64,000 nt of DNA from Minisyncoccota bacterium (GTDB taxonomy: Bacteria > Patescibacteriota > Minisyncoccia > Phycocordibacterales > JAQTLZ01): NCBI GenBank assembly GCA_028711065.1, contig JAQTSY010000001.1, forward strand, positions 22,610-86,609, read 5' to 3'. How positions within the stretch are numbered: the first letter of the stretch is position 1; each line of letters starts with the position of its first letter. A model generated the notes under the pieces. The model did no database searches, was not told the origin of the DNA, and was given only the letters and a program-made list of their open reading frames with translations. This document shows, one piece after another, positions 29,295 to 39,327 of the stretch. A program made the position numbers and the translations under genes.

Positions 29295-30509
29295 ATGTCA
29301 ATAAGTCAAGAATCACTGAAAAATCTGCCCGACTCGCCCGGAGTCTACTTTTTTCGATACGGAAAAGAGATTCTTTACATCGGCAAAGCCACATCTCTTC
29401 ACGACCGAGTGAAAAGCTATTTTTCAGCTCGTCTTGGAGAGGCTCGTAGCCCGCTTATCACCAGAATGGTTGAAAAAGCGGATTCTCTTGATTTTCAGAT
29501 TACTGATTCAGTGCTCGAAGCTCTGATTCTTGAAGCCGCACTTATAAAGAAATACCAGCCAAAATACAATACGGATGAAAAAGACGATAAAAGCTACAAC
29601 TATGTCGTTTTCACAAAAGAAGATTTCCCACGAATTCTTTTGGTTCGTGGCAAAAACCTAGATTCTCTGGATTATAAAGTGAAAGATATTTTCGGTCCAT
29701 TTCCGAATGGTGGGCAGTTAAAAATTGCACTTAAAATTATTCGTAAAATTTTCCCTTATAGAGATAACTGTACTCCGCTTCAGGGAAAATTGTGTTTCAA
29801 CGCCCAAATTGGCCTTTGCCCGGGCGTATGCGATGGACAAATGGGAAAAATTGAATACGTTCGTCAAATCAGACACCTCAAACTCTTTTTTGAAGGTAAA
29901 AAGTCTGCTCTAGTGAGATCTCTTGAAAAAGAGATGAAAACCCTCGCCAAAAATCGAGAGTTTGAAAAAGCGGAAATTATTAAAAGACAGATTTTTGCCC
30001 TTGGGCACATTCAAGACGTGGCGCTTTTGCGCCCTGAAAGAGACGGAACCATTCGCGCGAATGGTTCCGTCTGGAGAATTGAGGCTTATGACGTTGCGCA
30101 TATAAGCGGAACTTCAACCGTGGGAGTCATGACTGTTGTTGAAGATGGGGAAGTGAAAAAGGCCGATTACCGAATGTTTAAAATTCGCACTGCCAAGGCA
30201 GGAAGCGATACAGGGGCACTTCAGGAAGTCCTTGAACGCAGACTGAAACACTCCGAATGGCCCACCGCAAATTTAATTGTGATTGATGGTGGAATTGCGC
30301 AAAGAAATTTGGCAGAAAAAGTATTAGAAAAGAGCGGGCTGAAAATTCCAATCATAAACGTAGTGAAAGACGATCGACACAAACCCGACCATTTTCTAGG
30401 GAGTGAATCGCTTGCTCAAAAATATAAAAAAGAAATTCTCTTAGCGAACAGCGAAGCGCACCGATTCGCAATTTCGTATCATAAAAAACTGCGAGGAATA
30501 ATCGGCTAG
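29295..30509 (+). CDS. uvrC: Excinuclease ABC subunit C (short form)
   Basis: GIY-YIG (PGVY, LYIGKA), UVR domain, RIEAYDVAH, IDGG; start set at ATG 29295. Confidence 0.92.
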   Translation: MSISQESLKNLPDSPGVYFFRYGKEILYIGKATSLHDRVKSYFSARLGEARSPLITRMVEKADSLDFQITDSVLEALILEAALIKKYQPKYNTDEKDDKSYNYVVFTKEDFPRILLVRGKNLDSLDYKVKDIFGPFPNGGQLKIALKIIRKIFPYRDNCTPLQGKLCFNAQIGLCPGVCDGQMGKIEYVRQIRHLKLFFEGKKSALVRSLEKEMKTLAKNREFEKAEIIKRQIFALGHIQDVALLRPERDGTIRANGSVWRIEAYDVAHISGTSTVGVMTVVEDGEVKKADYRMFKIRTAKAGSDTGALQEVLERRLKHSEWPTANLIVIDGGIAQRNLAEKVLEKSGLKIPIINVVKDDRHKPDHFLGSESLAQKYKKEILLANSEAHRFAISYHKKLRGIIG

Positions 30510-30576
30510 CAATCCTTGCTTTTGCTGTCATATTTTTTTAGTCAACAGATTTAGAAATTCAATCGCGAAAGAGGCC

Positions 30577-30825
30577 TTGTTGACAGCATGGTGCCGTCAG
30601 CAATAGACCATATTGGTGCATTTTGCGGTTGATAGCTGGGAATGGGGTGTGCAGACATGCCCCAGAGCACAGTTGCGCCACCTAGTCTCATAGAGTGGGG
30701 GAGAATAACCGGGACCTTCTTCCCCGTGCGTCCTTTGAGGAACAGGCAACTCGGCAGGTCCGAGTCATTCGGATCAAACCTCCGGAGGAGGAGAAAGTAG
30801 CGCGCTTTCTTTACTCCTCCGGAGG
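30577..30825. ncRNA. Candidate structured RNA (unidentified)
   Basis: GC-rich intergenic tract with consecutive hairpins, incl. 12-bp perfect stem 30779-30790/30814-30825. Confidence 0.35.
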
Positions 30826-30919
30826 GCCGTCCATTTAAGAATCCCTATCCAATAGGAATGATTTGTGAACTCGATTTTCAACAAGTACTGAAATTCGAGT
30901 TTTTTGTTATACTATTTGC

Positions 30920-31894
30920 ATGTCAAAAATCCGTGTCGGAGTTTTGCGGGGAGGAACCTCCCGCGAATACGAAAAATCTCTCAAAAGCGGAGCGAGTGTT
31001 CTCCAAAATCTTCCGGAAAAATATATCGGATGCGATATTCTCATTACAAAAGAGGGCACGTGGCATCTCGGAGGCATTCCCATCACTCCTGAAAAACTTT
31101 TCAAAAAAGTGGATGTTATTTTTAACGCCCTTCAGGGAGACTTTCTAGAAAATCGCCACATCCAACATATATTTGAATCTCATAATATTCCTTATACTGG
31201 GGCCGATTCTCTTTCTTCTATCGTCACAACAAATAAGGCCCTAGTGAAGAAAGTATTATCTCTGCACGGTATTAAAGTCCCTTATTCAATTCAAGTAAAA
31301 AAAATAGATCACACGAAAGAAAAAATAAGAGAAATTTTCAGAACATTCCCAATGCCTGCCATAGTGAAGCCCCTTTCTTCGACTTATTCCCTTGGTGTTT
31401 CTCTTGCCAAAACTCTAAAAGAACTTGAGGAAGGAATGGAAAGAGCTTTTGCTTACTCATCTACAGTAATTATCGAAGAATATATTAAAGGGAAAGACGC
31501 CAAGTGTCTTGTGGTGGAAAAATTTCGGAAAAAAAAATATTACGCATTCCTGCCGATTGAACTCAAAAGACCAAAGGGCGCAGAATTTCTTGATAACACA
31601 ATTCGTATTTCAGGTGTTGCAGAAAAAATAAGTCCGGGAAATTTTACTCAGAAAGAAAAGGAGGGAATGGAACATGCCGCAATCAGTGCCCATCGAATCG
31701 TTGGTTTACGCCACTCATCAAAAACTGATTTTGTGGTGAATCCAAGGCGAGGAGTGTATTTACTCGAAATAGATCCTTTACAGGGATTTGATGAAGACTC
31801 ATCAACATCTAAATCGCTCTCTGCTGTGGGAGCAAAGATGTCCCATTTTGTTGACCATATGATTGGGCTGGCTTTGGCAGATAAGAAAAGGTAA
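30920..31894 (+). CDS. D-Ala-D-Ala ligase-like ATP-grasp protein with degenerate active site
   Basis: GGTSREYEKSL, IPYTG, IVKP, IEEYIKG; several catalytic motifs altered. Confidence 0.8.
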   Translation: MSKIRVGVLRGGTSREYEKSLKSGASVLQNLPEKYIGCDILITKEGTWHLGGIPITPEKLFKKVDVIFNALQGDFLENRHIQHIFESHNIPYTGADSLSSIVTTNKALVKKVLSLHGIKVPYSIQVKKIDHTKEKIREIFRTFPMPAIVKPLSSTYSLGVSLAKTLKELEEGMERAFAYSSTVIIEEYIKGKDAKCLVVEKFRKKKYYAFLPIELKRPKGAEFLDNTIRISGVAEKISPGNFTQKEKEGMEHAAISAHRIVGLRHSSKTDFVVNPRRGVYLLEIDPLQGFDEDSSTSKSLSAVGAKMSHFVDHMIGLALADKKR

Positions 31895-31965
31895 AAAGTA
31901 TAAGAGTCGACCCTTACAGGGTCAGTACCCCGATTGGTCCGTCAGTAGACGGAGCTCAATCGGGC

Positions 31966-32018
31966 TTCGACTCTCCTGCATGAGCAATCCCCATTGCTCA
32001 TTCGGGTCCACAAATCGA
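31966..32018 (+). repeat. Inverted copy of the tRNA-Ala 3' end with an internal hairpin insert
   Basis: TTCGACTCTCCT + 25-nt hairpin + CGGGTCCACAAATCGA. Confidence 0.8.
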
Positions 32019-32043
32019 AAACCGCCTTTCGGCGGTCGATTTG

Positions 32044-32116
32044 TGGACCCGAGGAGAGTCGAACTCCTGACCTTTGCTTTGCAAAAGCACTGCTCTACCA
32101 GCTGAGCTACGGGCCC
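32044..32116 (-). tRNA. tRNA-Ala(UGC)
   Basis: Cloverleaf GGGCCCG...TTCGACT...CGGGTCCA, anticodon TGC, G3:U70 pair; CCA not encoded. Confidence 0.95.
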
Positions 32117-32188
32117 TTTTTGATAACGCGATAGATTCTACACGAATTTTGATTCCGTGACAATTCTCTTAAATCGTTATCCATTTTC

Positions 32189-32497
32189 TTACTCTTGCGG
32201 CTGTCTTCTGGCCCTCTGCTTTTCCCTTTCTTCCTCTCTTTCTGCGATTTCGGAATCGCGAGTAATTTGGTTTAAGCTTTCCTTGAATTGTTCATCGCGG
32301 AATTTCAGCTGACGCATTTCTTCTTTCTCCCGCTCCAATTTCTGCTCTTTCATCGTAAGGTCAAACTTTTCTTGGCGATTTCTTCGTGTTTCATCCGCAA
32401 TTGTGACAGTTTTTTTCCTAATGTCATTTTCTAAATTTCGTATTTCATCTTCAGTTCGAACTTTTTTATTTTTAAGCTCATTTAATTTTGATTGCAT
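32189..32497 (-). CDS. Coiled-coil hypothetical protein
   Basis: Charged heptad-rich ORF. Confidence 0.6.
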   Translation of the reverse strand: MQSKLNELKNKKVRTEDEIRNLENDIRKKTVTIADETRRNRQEKFDLTMKEQKLEREKEEMRQLKFRDEQFKESLNQITRDSEIAEREEEREKQRARRQPQE

Positions 32498-32617
32498 ATA
32501 AGTACTATTTACTAAAAAATGAATTGGTTTTAATACCCATAATTATGCCCTTTTTTGAAACGGCTCGCAATTGTATCGGTTTGATAAACGCTAGAAAAAT
32601 GGTAAAGTGATACTCAT

Positions 32618-33571
32618 ATGAAAACAGCCTATATCAAGGCTTTTAAAGAGCTCGGGAAGGGCGATGCAGCCATTGCTGGAGGAAAAGGCGCCTCTTTGGG
32701 CGAGATGACACAAGCTAGAATACCAGTGCCGCCTGGATATGTCATCCTTTCAGCAGCTTTTGAGCATTTTCTCGAAGAGACGAATCTAAACGCGGAAATT
32801 GATACAGAACTCCATAAAGTGGATCACAAGGAAATGCACACAGTTGAGAATGCGTCCGAAACAATCCAGGCTCTTATTTTGGATGCAGATATGCCAGAGG
32901 ATATCGAAAAAGAAATTGAAACCAATTTTAAAAAGCTTGGAGCAAAATTTGTTGCTGTCCGCTCGTCAGCAACGGCCGAAGACTCTTCCGAAGCCGCCTG
33001 GGCAGGCCAGCTTGATAGCTATCTTAATACTACCGAGAAAGAACTCCTCACAAACGTAAAACGCTGTTGGGCATCACTCTTTACACCGCGAGCAATTTTC
33101 TACCGATTTGAAAAAGAACTCCACAAGCAGAAAATTTCCGTTGCAGTAGTCGTCCAGAAAATGGTTGAATCAGAAGTTTCCGGCATCGCTTTCTCCGTAC
33201 ATCCAGTTACAGAGGATTACAACCAGCTCATTATTGAGGGGGGATACGGCTTGGGTGAAGCTATCGTTTCGGGGCAGATCACGCCAGACAGCTATATCGT
33301 TGAGAAAAATCCTCGAAACATCGTGGACGTAAATATTTCTGTTCAAGAAAGAGGGCTCTTTCGTCTGCCAAAGGGTGGAAATGAATGGAGAGATGTTTCA
33401 AAAGAAGAGGGAGAGAAGCAGAAGCTATCAGGAAAACAAATCCTCGAACTTACTGAAATTATCCTTGGAATCGAGAAACACTACGGCTTCCCGTGCGATA
33501 TCGAATGGGCATTTGAAAAAGGAAAATTTTATATCGTTCAGAGCCGACCGATTACTACGCTGAAGAAATAA
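32618..33571 (+). CDS. Stand-alone PEP synthase/PPDK N-terminal ATP-grasp domain protein
   Basis: GGKGASL, VAVRSSATAED, AGQ, VVVQKMV, GLGEAIVSG, DIEWA; ends right after QSRPIT. Confidence 0.92.
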   Translation: MKTAYIKAFKELGKGDAAIAGGKGASLGEMTQARIPVPPGYVILSAAFEHFLEETNLNAEIDTELHKVDHKEMHTVENASETIQALILDADMPEDIEKEIETNFKKLGAKFVAVRSSATAEDSSEAAWAGQLDSYLNTTEKELLTNVKRCWASLFTPRAIFYRFEKELHKQKISVAVVVQKMVESEVSGIAFSVHPVTEDYNQLIIEGGYGLGEAIVSGQITPDSYIVEKNPRNIVDVNISVQERGLFRLPKGGNEWRDVSKEEGEKQKLSGKQILELTEIILGIEKHYGFPCDIEWAFEKGKFYIVQSRPITTLKK

Positions 33572-33573
33572 CT

Positions 33574-34971
33574 ATGAATCCCGCGCCGGAAACAAAGTGG
33601 GTAAAACTTGGAGATAGAGCCTACCTTCCTTTTTCGTTTTCATTAAATGGAAGTCAAAACTCTGCAAAGTACTTAAAAAAGTACGGAAATTTTGAGAATG
33701 AAGATAGGGCCATTATGTATCAGCATAGATTTTACTGGCCAGAGAACGAAATAGAAAAGATTGCAGACTATCAGATCCGAAGATACAGAACTCAAGGAGC
33801 AAAATACCTCTGGTCAATGGCGAAAAAATGTGAACAAGCCGGCGACGTGTTTCTCAAAAAGATAACTCGAATAATTGACAGAAAAACAGAAAATAAGTCT
33901 GAAGTCCAAGTCAACCTGTCCCTCATCATCGAAGAATACAGAAAATTTGTGGTCTTTATGACTATCCCGTGGGTACTCGATGATTTTTTCGGGCAAGAGC
34001 TCAACGAAATTCTAAACAAACGAAACCTTACGGAAAGAGTAGAAATAGAAAAGAAGCTCAATCAGCCACTAAGATTAAATGAGGGGGAGCTCGAGCAGAT
34101 ATCATTGCTCAAAATCGCGGCTTCGATGAAAAGTGTCGATGATTTTAATCCCGCGATTCTCAAAAAAATCGCCAAACATGTAAATGAATACGGATGGCTG
34201 CCAATTAGATGGTTTGTAGGAAATCCTCTGAAAGAAACAGACGTTATCGAGAGACTGAAACATGTCTTTTCGGACAATCCCCAAGAAAGATCAAAAAGTC
34301 TAAAAGATCAAGCGAAGAAAGTAAAAAAGGAAGCGGAACAAATAATTAGAGAACTCGGATTCAATGAGGAAGAATGCCAATTCGCGTATCTTCTCAAAGA
34401 ATATACGTTTATACGGACATATAGATCGGATCTTATAAACAAAGTAAATTTTATTGTCATACCCATCCTGAAAAAAGCGAGTGCTGAACTTGGAATTCCG
34501 TATAGCGACATCCTCTATTTATCATATGGAGAAATTCTTGAATGTCTTCGAGATGAAAAGAAATTAGCGCACATTACTGTTTTAAGCGGAAAAGAAGCAG
34601 AAGCATTTGCGACAAAAGAAGGAATCCTCGAGCAAAAATCTCTCAACATAAACGAGATAAAAGGGGTTACCGCATATAAGGGGAAGACTTCGGGCAAAGT
34701 TAAAATTGTCCATAACCCTAATGACATTTCCAAAGTAGAAAAAGGGGATATTTTAGTTACTACAATGACTTTTCCTTCCTATATTGCCGCGATGGAGAGG
34801 GCAGCTGCTTTTGTTACCGACGAAGGAGGCGTACTCTGTCATGCAGCCATTGTTGCTCGAGAAATGAAGAAACCGTGTGTCATTGCCACAAAGATCGCAA
34901 CAAAAGCTTTTAAAGACGGTGACATGGTAGAGGTGGATGCAGACACTGGCATCGTCAAAATAATTAAATAA
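33574..34971 (+). CDS. Variable helical domain + phospho-His swivel domain, copy 1
   Basis: C-terminal GDILV...TDEGGVLCHAAIVARE...DGDMVEVDA. Confidence 0.88.
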   Translation: MNPAPETKWVKLGDRAYLPFSFSLNGSQNSAKYLKKYGNFENEDRAIMYQHRFYWPENEIEKIADYQIRRYRTQGAKYLWSMAKKCEQAGDVFLKKITRIIDRKTENKSEVQVNLSLIIEEYRKFVVFMTIPWVLDDFFGQELNEILNKRNLTERVEIEKKLNQPLRLNEGELEQISLLKIAASMKSVDDFNPAILKKIAKHVNEYGWLPIRWFVGNPLKETDVIERLKHVFSDNPQERSKSLKDQAKKVKKEAEQIIRELGFNEEECQFAYLLKEYTFIRTYRSDLINKVNFIVIPILKKASAELGIPYSDILYLSYGEILECLRDEKKLAHITVLSGKEAEAFATKEGILEQKSLNINEIKGVTAYKGKTSGKVKIVHNPNDISKVEKGDILVTTMTFPSYIAAMERAAAFVTDEGGVLCHAAIVAREMKKPCVIATKIATKAFKDGDMVEVDADTGIVKIIK

Positions 34972-34972
34972 G

Positions 34973-36421
34973 ATGGAAGAAATTGACGTAACAAAAAAAT
35001 GGGAAAAAATGAGCACGCGGAAGACCCCGATTCACCGCTATTTTGATTTTGCCGAATCCGCAGCGACTGGCTTAAAGAAACTTATGGATGCCGATATTCC
35101 CCAGTCTGTTCTTATATCAAAAGGTGGAGAAGTAACCATGTATACCACAAAGGAGCGGCAGGAGAGCCTCTTTCAGATGATGGCTAAAAGGTTTAAAGAT
35201 AATGCTTTTATAGAATCGGTATTGCCAAAACTGCCCAAAGAACAGGAACTCTTAGTCGAATGGATTAAGACCAGTTGTTCTCTGAAAAAAATTGAAAATT
35301 TATCCAACACCCAATTATCCGATCTTGTTTTAAAACGGCACGAGAAACATATTGAAATTTGCGCGTGGCAGTGGCTAGGGTTTGCTGGAAAACTCTGTAT
35401 TGATGGCGTTGTTGCTGAAAAACTCAAAATATACGACTTGCCGATCGAGAAAAATTTGCAGACTATCTATGCTCATGATTATCCGGCATATGTTGTCTTG
35501 GCGGAGATGGATTTGAAACAAATTGCTCTCAAGGCGCAGAAAGGAGGAGTTGAAGAAAAAATTGACTCTCTTGTCGAGAGATATTTGAAAAAATACAACT
35601 TCATCAATATGTACGATGAGTTATATTCTCCTTCCACAAAAGAAGAAATTACTAAGCGATTGAAGGTTTACAGCAAGGACAAAAAGTTGGAGGAGGAAAT
35701 AGAGTCTTCGCTCAATACATTCAAACAAAATGCAAATTCATTCAAAGAATTTATTTTAAATACCCGCTTTTCCAAAGAAGATAGGACATTCTTTGAATTC
35801 GCACATCAGTTCGCATTATTTCATGAAACACGAAATTTCTCCAAAGGTGCGTCAGCTTTTTATTCGAAACCTTTTTTTAACGAAATTGCCAAGCGGCTGA
35901 AGTTGGATTTACAAGACCTTCTTGCTTTTAATGACTACGAAATCGCAGATGCTCTTAGCGGAATAAAAGAACTAACAATGGCAGAGGGTAAAAATCGACG
36001 CGAGTTTTGTCTGGGATTTTATTCGCAAGAAAAGTGGTTTTTTGACAGTGGAAAGCGTGCCCACGAAATCGCGGAGATAATAACAAAAATAGAGAAGGTA
36101 TCAGAACTGAAGGGGGTCGTCGCTTACAAAGGCGGAATAGTAAAGGGAAAAGTTAAACTGATAAATAGCGTGACTCAAATGGGAAAGCTTGAAAGAGGAG
36201 ATATTCTTGTTTCCTCAATGACCCGTCCGGAATTTATAACAAGTATGGAAAAGGCAGGAGCTATTATCACCGATGAGGGTGGGACTCTCTGTCACGCTGC
36301 AATCGTCGCTCGAGAGCTCAAAAAACCCTCCATTATTGGCACCAAAATTGCTACACAAATTCTTAAAGATGGGGATTTGGTAGAAGTAGATACAGACAGA
36401 GGTATAATAAGAAAATTATGA
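34973..36421 (+). CDS. Variable helical domain + phospho-His swivel domain, copy 2
   Basis: C-terminal TDEGGTLCHAAIVARE. Confidence 0.88.
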   Translation: MEEIDVTKKWEKMSTRKTPIHRYFDFAESAATGLKKLMDADIPQSVLISKGGEVTMYTTKERQESLFQMMAKRFKDNAFIESVLPKLPKEQELLVEWIKTSCSLKKIENLSNTQLSDLVLKRHEKHIEICAWQWLGFAGKLCIDGVVAEKLKIYDLPIEKNLQTIYAHDYPAYVVLAEMDLKQIALKAQKGGVEEKIDSLVERYLKKYNFINMYDELYSPSTKEEITKRLKVYSKDKKLEEEIESSLNTFKQNANSFKEFILNTRFSKEDRTFFEFAHQFALFHETRNFSKGASAFYSKPFFNEIAKRLKLDLQDLLAFNDYEIADALSGIKELTMAEGKNRREFCLGFYSQEKWFFDSGKRAHEIAEIITKIEKVSELKGVVAYKGGIVKGKVKLINSVTQMGKLERGDILVSSMTRPEFITSMEKAGAIITDEGGTLCHAAIVARELKKPSIIGTKIATQILKDGDLVEVDTDRGIIRKL

Positions 36422-37890
36422 CCAAAGAAGAAATCATTCACGAGATAAATACTAAGAAGGACTGGTATCCAAAAAGTTATGCGGGATTTTTGTTTGGTAT
36501 TTATATGCAGGGTGAGGGACTCTCCAGGGGCTCTAAAGAAATTCCTTTGGCAATATCTTATGGCATGGTATATCAAAACCATAACCGGCAAGACCATTGG
36601 GACTGGTTTTGGAATATTGGGAAAATGATTCAGAAAAGGAATGAAATTCTTGAAAAAGCTGTTTCCGAAAAAGCCTTTGCAGATACTTATTTTAAAGCTT
36701 GGGAGAAAACCTATGAAAATTATCTCGCCGCTTTTGAAGAAGCAAAAGAACTAGACTTGAATTCCTTGTACGAAATTCTCTCTCTGAAATTTAGGAAATT
36801 ATACGAAACACTCATCGCGCAGGCGGCATACGGATATGTCGTTGATACCTTTCTCACCGCCGAAGACAGCGATTGGCTCGTAGAAGAAATAAAAAATGAA
36901 CTTCGAGAGAAAGCGACACCGGAAGTGATAGCTACCCTTACTGCTCCAGTTTTTCATTCGTTTATCGGAGAATTCAATGAGCGGATCCGAAAACTTGCTC
37001 TCTCTATCCGAGACAAGCGGGATAGCGAAAACATACAGAAAGAAGCTTTAAAGATCACGAAAGAATTTTTTTGGATAAAAACAAATTACCGCGATTACGG
37101 ACGGATTACACAAGAGCAAGTTTTGCATGAGGCCAGCCAGCTCCTCGATAAATCCTCATCTCTTTCTGAAAGCGCGGACCATTCTGAAAAAAACAGGACG
37201 GAAAAAGATCGAATACTAGAGTCATTTAACGCTTCCGCGCGCCTTCGCCGCATACTTCATATTTCCGAACTTTTCACCCATATTCAGGATAAGCGCAAAG
37301 AATGTGTGCTTCGCAATAACAGCCTTTTTTTCGAATTTCTCGAAACAATAGCGAAACGAGAATCGGTAGATAAGAAACTTTTTTTCTATTCAACTTCCCA
37401 GGAATTTTTCTCGTTTTTGAAAGGAATACCTCTTCCAACACACCTTATTGAAAAACGTATACATGAGGGAGTGATGGTTCTTTTTTCTAATGACACCTCT
37501 TATCTCATGTATAAAGAAGAGATCGACAGTTCTCTTAAAAGCGAGCATCTCTTTCCTAATCTTCAGAATGTGACAGAACTCCGCGGCTCAATTGCCTTTA
37601 AAGGAAAAGTGAAGGGAACTGTTCGCGTGCTCCGCAATACTACCGAGATCAATACTTTCGGAGAAGGGCAGATTCTCGTTGCCAACCAAACCACGCCAGA
37701 ATTTGTCCCTGCTATGAAAAAAGCTGCGGCCATTGTTACCGACCAGGGAGGAATTACCTGCCATGCTGCTATCGTTGCCCGTGAGCTTAAAAAGCCCTGT
37801 ATCATTGGTACAAAAAATGCGACCCAAGTTTTGAAAGATGGTGATGTTGTAGAAGTGGATGCGGAGAAGGGAATTGTAAGAATTTTATAA
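36418..37890 (+). CDS. Variable helical domain + phospho-His swivel domain, copy 3
   Basis: C-terminal TDQGGITCHAAIVARE; ATGA overlap with copy 2. Confidence 0.88.
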   Translation: MTKEEIIHEINTKKDWYPKSYAGFLFGIYMQGEGLSRGSKEIPLAISYGMVYQNHNRQDHWDWFWNIGKMIQKRNEILEKAVSEKAFADTYFKAWEKTYENYLAAFEEAKELDLNSLYEILSLKFRKLYETLIAQAAYGYVVDTFLTAEDSDWLVEEIKNELREKATPEVIATLTAPVFHSFIGEFNERIRKLALSIRDKRDSENIQKEALKITKEFFWIKTNYRDYGRITQEQVLHEASQLLDKSSSLSESADHSEKNRTEKDRILESFNASARLRRILHISELFTHIQDKRKECVLRNNSLFFEFLETIAKRESVDKKLFFYSTSQEFFSFLKGIPLPTHLIEKRIHEGVMVLFSNDTSYLMYKEEIDSSLKSEHLFPNLQNVTELRGSIAFKGKVKGTVRVLRNTTEINTFGEGQILVANQTTPEFVPAMKKAAAIVTDQGGITCHAAIVARELKKPCIIGTKNATQVLKDGDVVEVDAEKGIVRIL

Positions 37891-37893
37891 AGC

Positions 37894-39318
37894 ATGGAAA
37901 AAGAGTTACTGCTTAATCCAAATACTGAACTTTTTCGATGGGGACCGACACCGGGCCGAAATTTTCTAATCGGGGATATTTTAGACATCATTGTCACTCG
38001 ATACGTAGATTTATACCCTGGATATGGATGGCCTGATTTTATGTTTCTCTATAAAGAAGGAAGATTTATCTATGTCTGCAGTTTTCCAGAGATTCGGGAA
38101 GCTGGAAAGAAGACATTCTTGAAATTCATAATACCCGAAAATACACGAGAGCATGAAATTGCTTTATGGGAAAAGAAAATACAAGAAGTTCTCCGCTGGG
38201 AAGAAAAAATTACTCACCCTGACCTAAAAAAACTTTCGGAGAAGGATTTTCTAACACTTTGGAAAGATTTCCACCATGCAATCGGCGATTTTTGGATACA
38301 TTCACAAATACCCGAGATTGCGAATTATGGTTCATCAGTCCTTTTAGAAGAAAAACTCCGAGAATTTATCAAAAAGAAAGATGAACTTGCTCATGCAATG
38401 GAGATACTTACCGCACCTGAAGAATATTCTTTCTATCAGGAGGAAGAACTGGAGCTTGCGGAAACGTCCGATCTGAAAGCTCATGCCGATAAATACTTCT
38501 GGATTCAAAACAGCTATGCAAATGTCGAGACAGCAAAAGTAGCATTTTTCCAAAAGCGGAAAAAAGAGTTACAAAGCAATTTTCGAGAAGAAGCGGAAAA
38601 AAGAATACAAAAAGTTAGGAGAGAAAAAATTGAACTTCAAGAGAAGTATGGCTTGCCAAAAGAAATTATGGATGTAGCAGAAGCCCTTGTCGCAAGCATT
38701 GTGTGGCAAGACAGGAGAAAACGCTATATTTGGGAACAACTCCACTACAAACAAATCCTGATCGAAGAGATGTCTCGAAGATTCAATATTCTTGTTTCAG
38801 ATCTTTATAATTTTACTGCGGGGGAAATCCTGGATCTTTTGTATAGAAAATCCCGCGAAAAAGATATCGAGCAAAGAAGAAAGACGTTTGCTTTTATTTC
38901 CGCCAAAAAAGACAAATATATCTATGGAATTGAGGCAGAAAAAGCTTGGGATACCTATGTACAGGACAAGGCTCCCGAGAATACGAAAGAATTCGGCGGT
39001 ATTATCGCGAGCAAAGGAAAAATATTAAAAATAGAGGGAAGAGCGCGCATAGTGCTTGATCCAAAAAACGCTCACGATTTTGAAAAAGGTGAAATATTAG
39101 TCGCTCCGATGACGAGCCCAGATTTTGTGTTCCTCATGAAAGAGGCGGGAGCTATCGTCACTGACAACGGAGGATTAACCTCGCATGCGGCAATTACCTC
39201 GCGGGAACTCCATAAAACATGTATCGTTGGGACAAGAATTGCTACAAAAGTGTTAAAAGACGGAGATATGATTGAGGTGGATGCTAATAGTGGTACTATT
39301 AGAATATTAAATAACTAA
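37894..39318 (+). CDS. Variable helical domain + phospho-His swivel domain, copy 4
   Basis: C-terminal TDNGGLTSHAAITSRE. Confidence 0.88.
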   Translation: MEKELLLNPNTELFRWGPTPGRNFLIGDILDIIVTRYVDLYPGYGWPDFMFLYKEGRFIYVCSFPEIREAGKKTFLKFIIPENTREHEIALWEKKIQEVLRWEEKITHPDLKKLSEKDFLTLWKDFHHAIGDFWIHSQIPEIANYGSSVLLEEKLREFIKKKDELAHAMEILTAPEEYSFYQEEELELAETSDLKAHADKYFWIQNSYANVETAKVAFFQKRKKELQSNFREEAEKRIQKVRREKIELQEKYGLPKEIMDVAEALVASIVWQDRRKRYIWEQLHYKQILIEEMSRRFNILVSDLYNFTAGEILDLLYRKSREKDIEQRRKTFAFISAKKDKYIYGIEAEKAWDTYVQDKAPENTKEFGGIIASKGKILKIEGRARIVLDPKNAHDFEKGEILVAPMTSPDFVFLMKEAGAIVTDNGGLTSHAAITSRELHKTCIVGTRIATKVLKDGDMIEVDANSGTIRILNN

Positions 39319-39327
39319 GCAATATCT

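Noticed and set aside
30642-30800. 52-aa ORF in the GC-rich intergenic tract
   Set aside because: No recognisable protein features; dense hairpins favour an RNA or repeat explanation, though coding is not excluded.
32618-39318. Ordinary or frameshifted PEP synthase (ppsA)
   Set aside because: There is no C-terminal pyruvate-binding barrel, and four separate swivel domains each end an intact ORF with a distinct N-domain.
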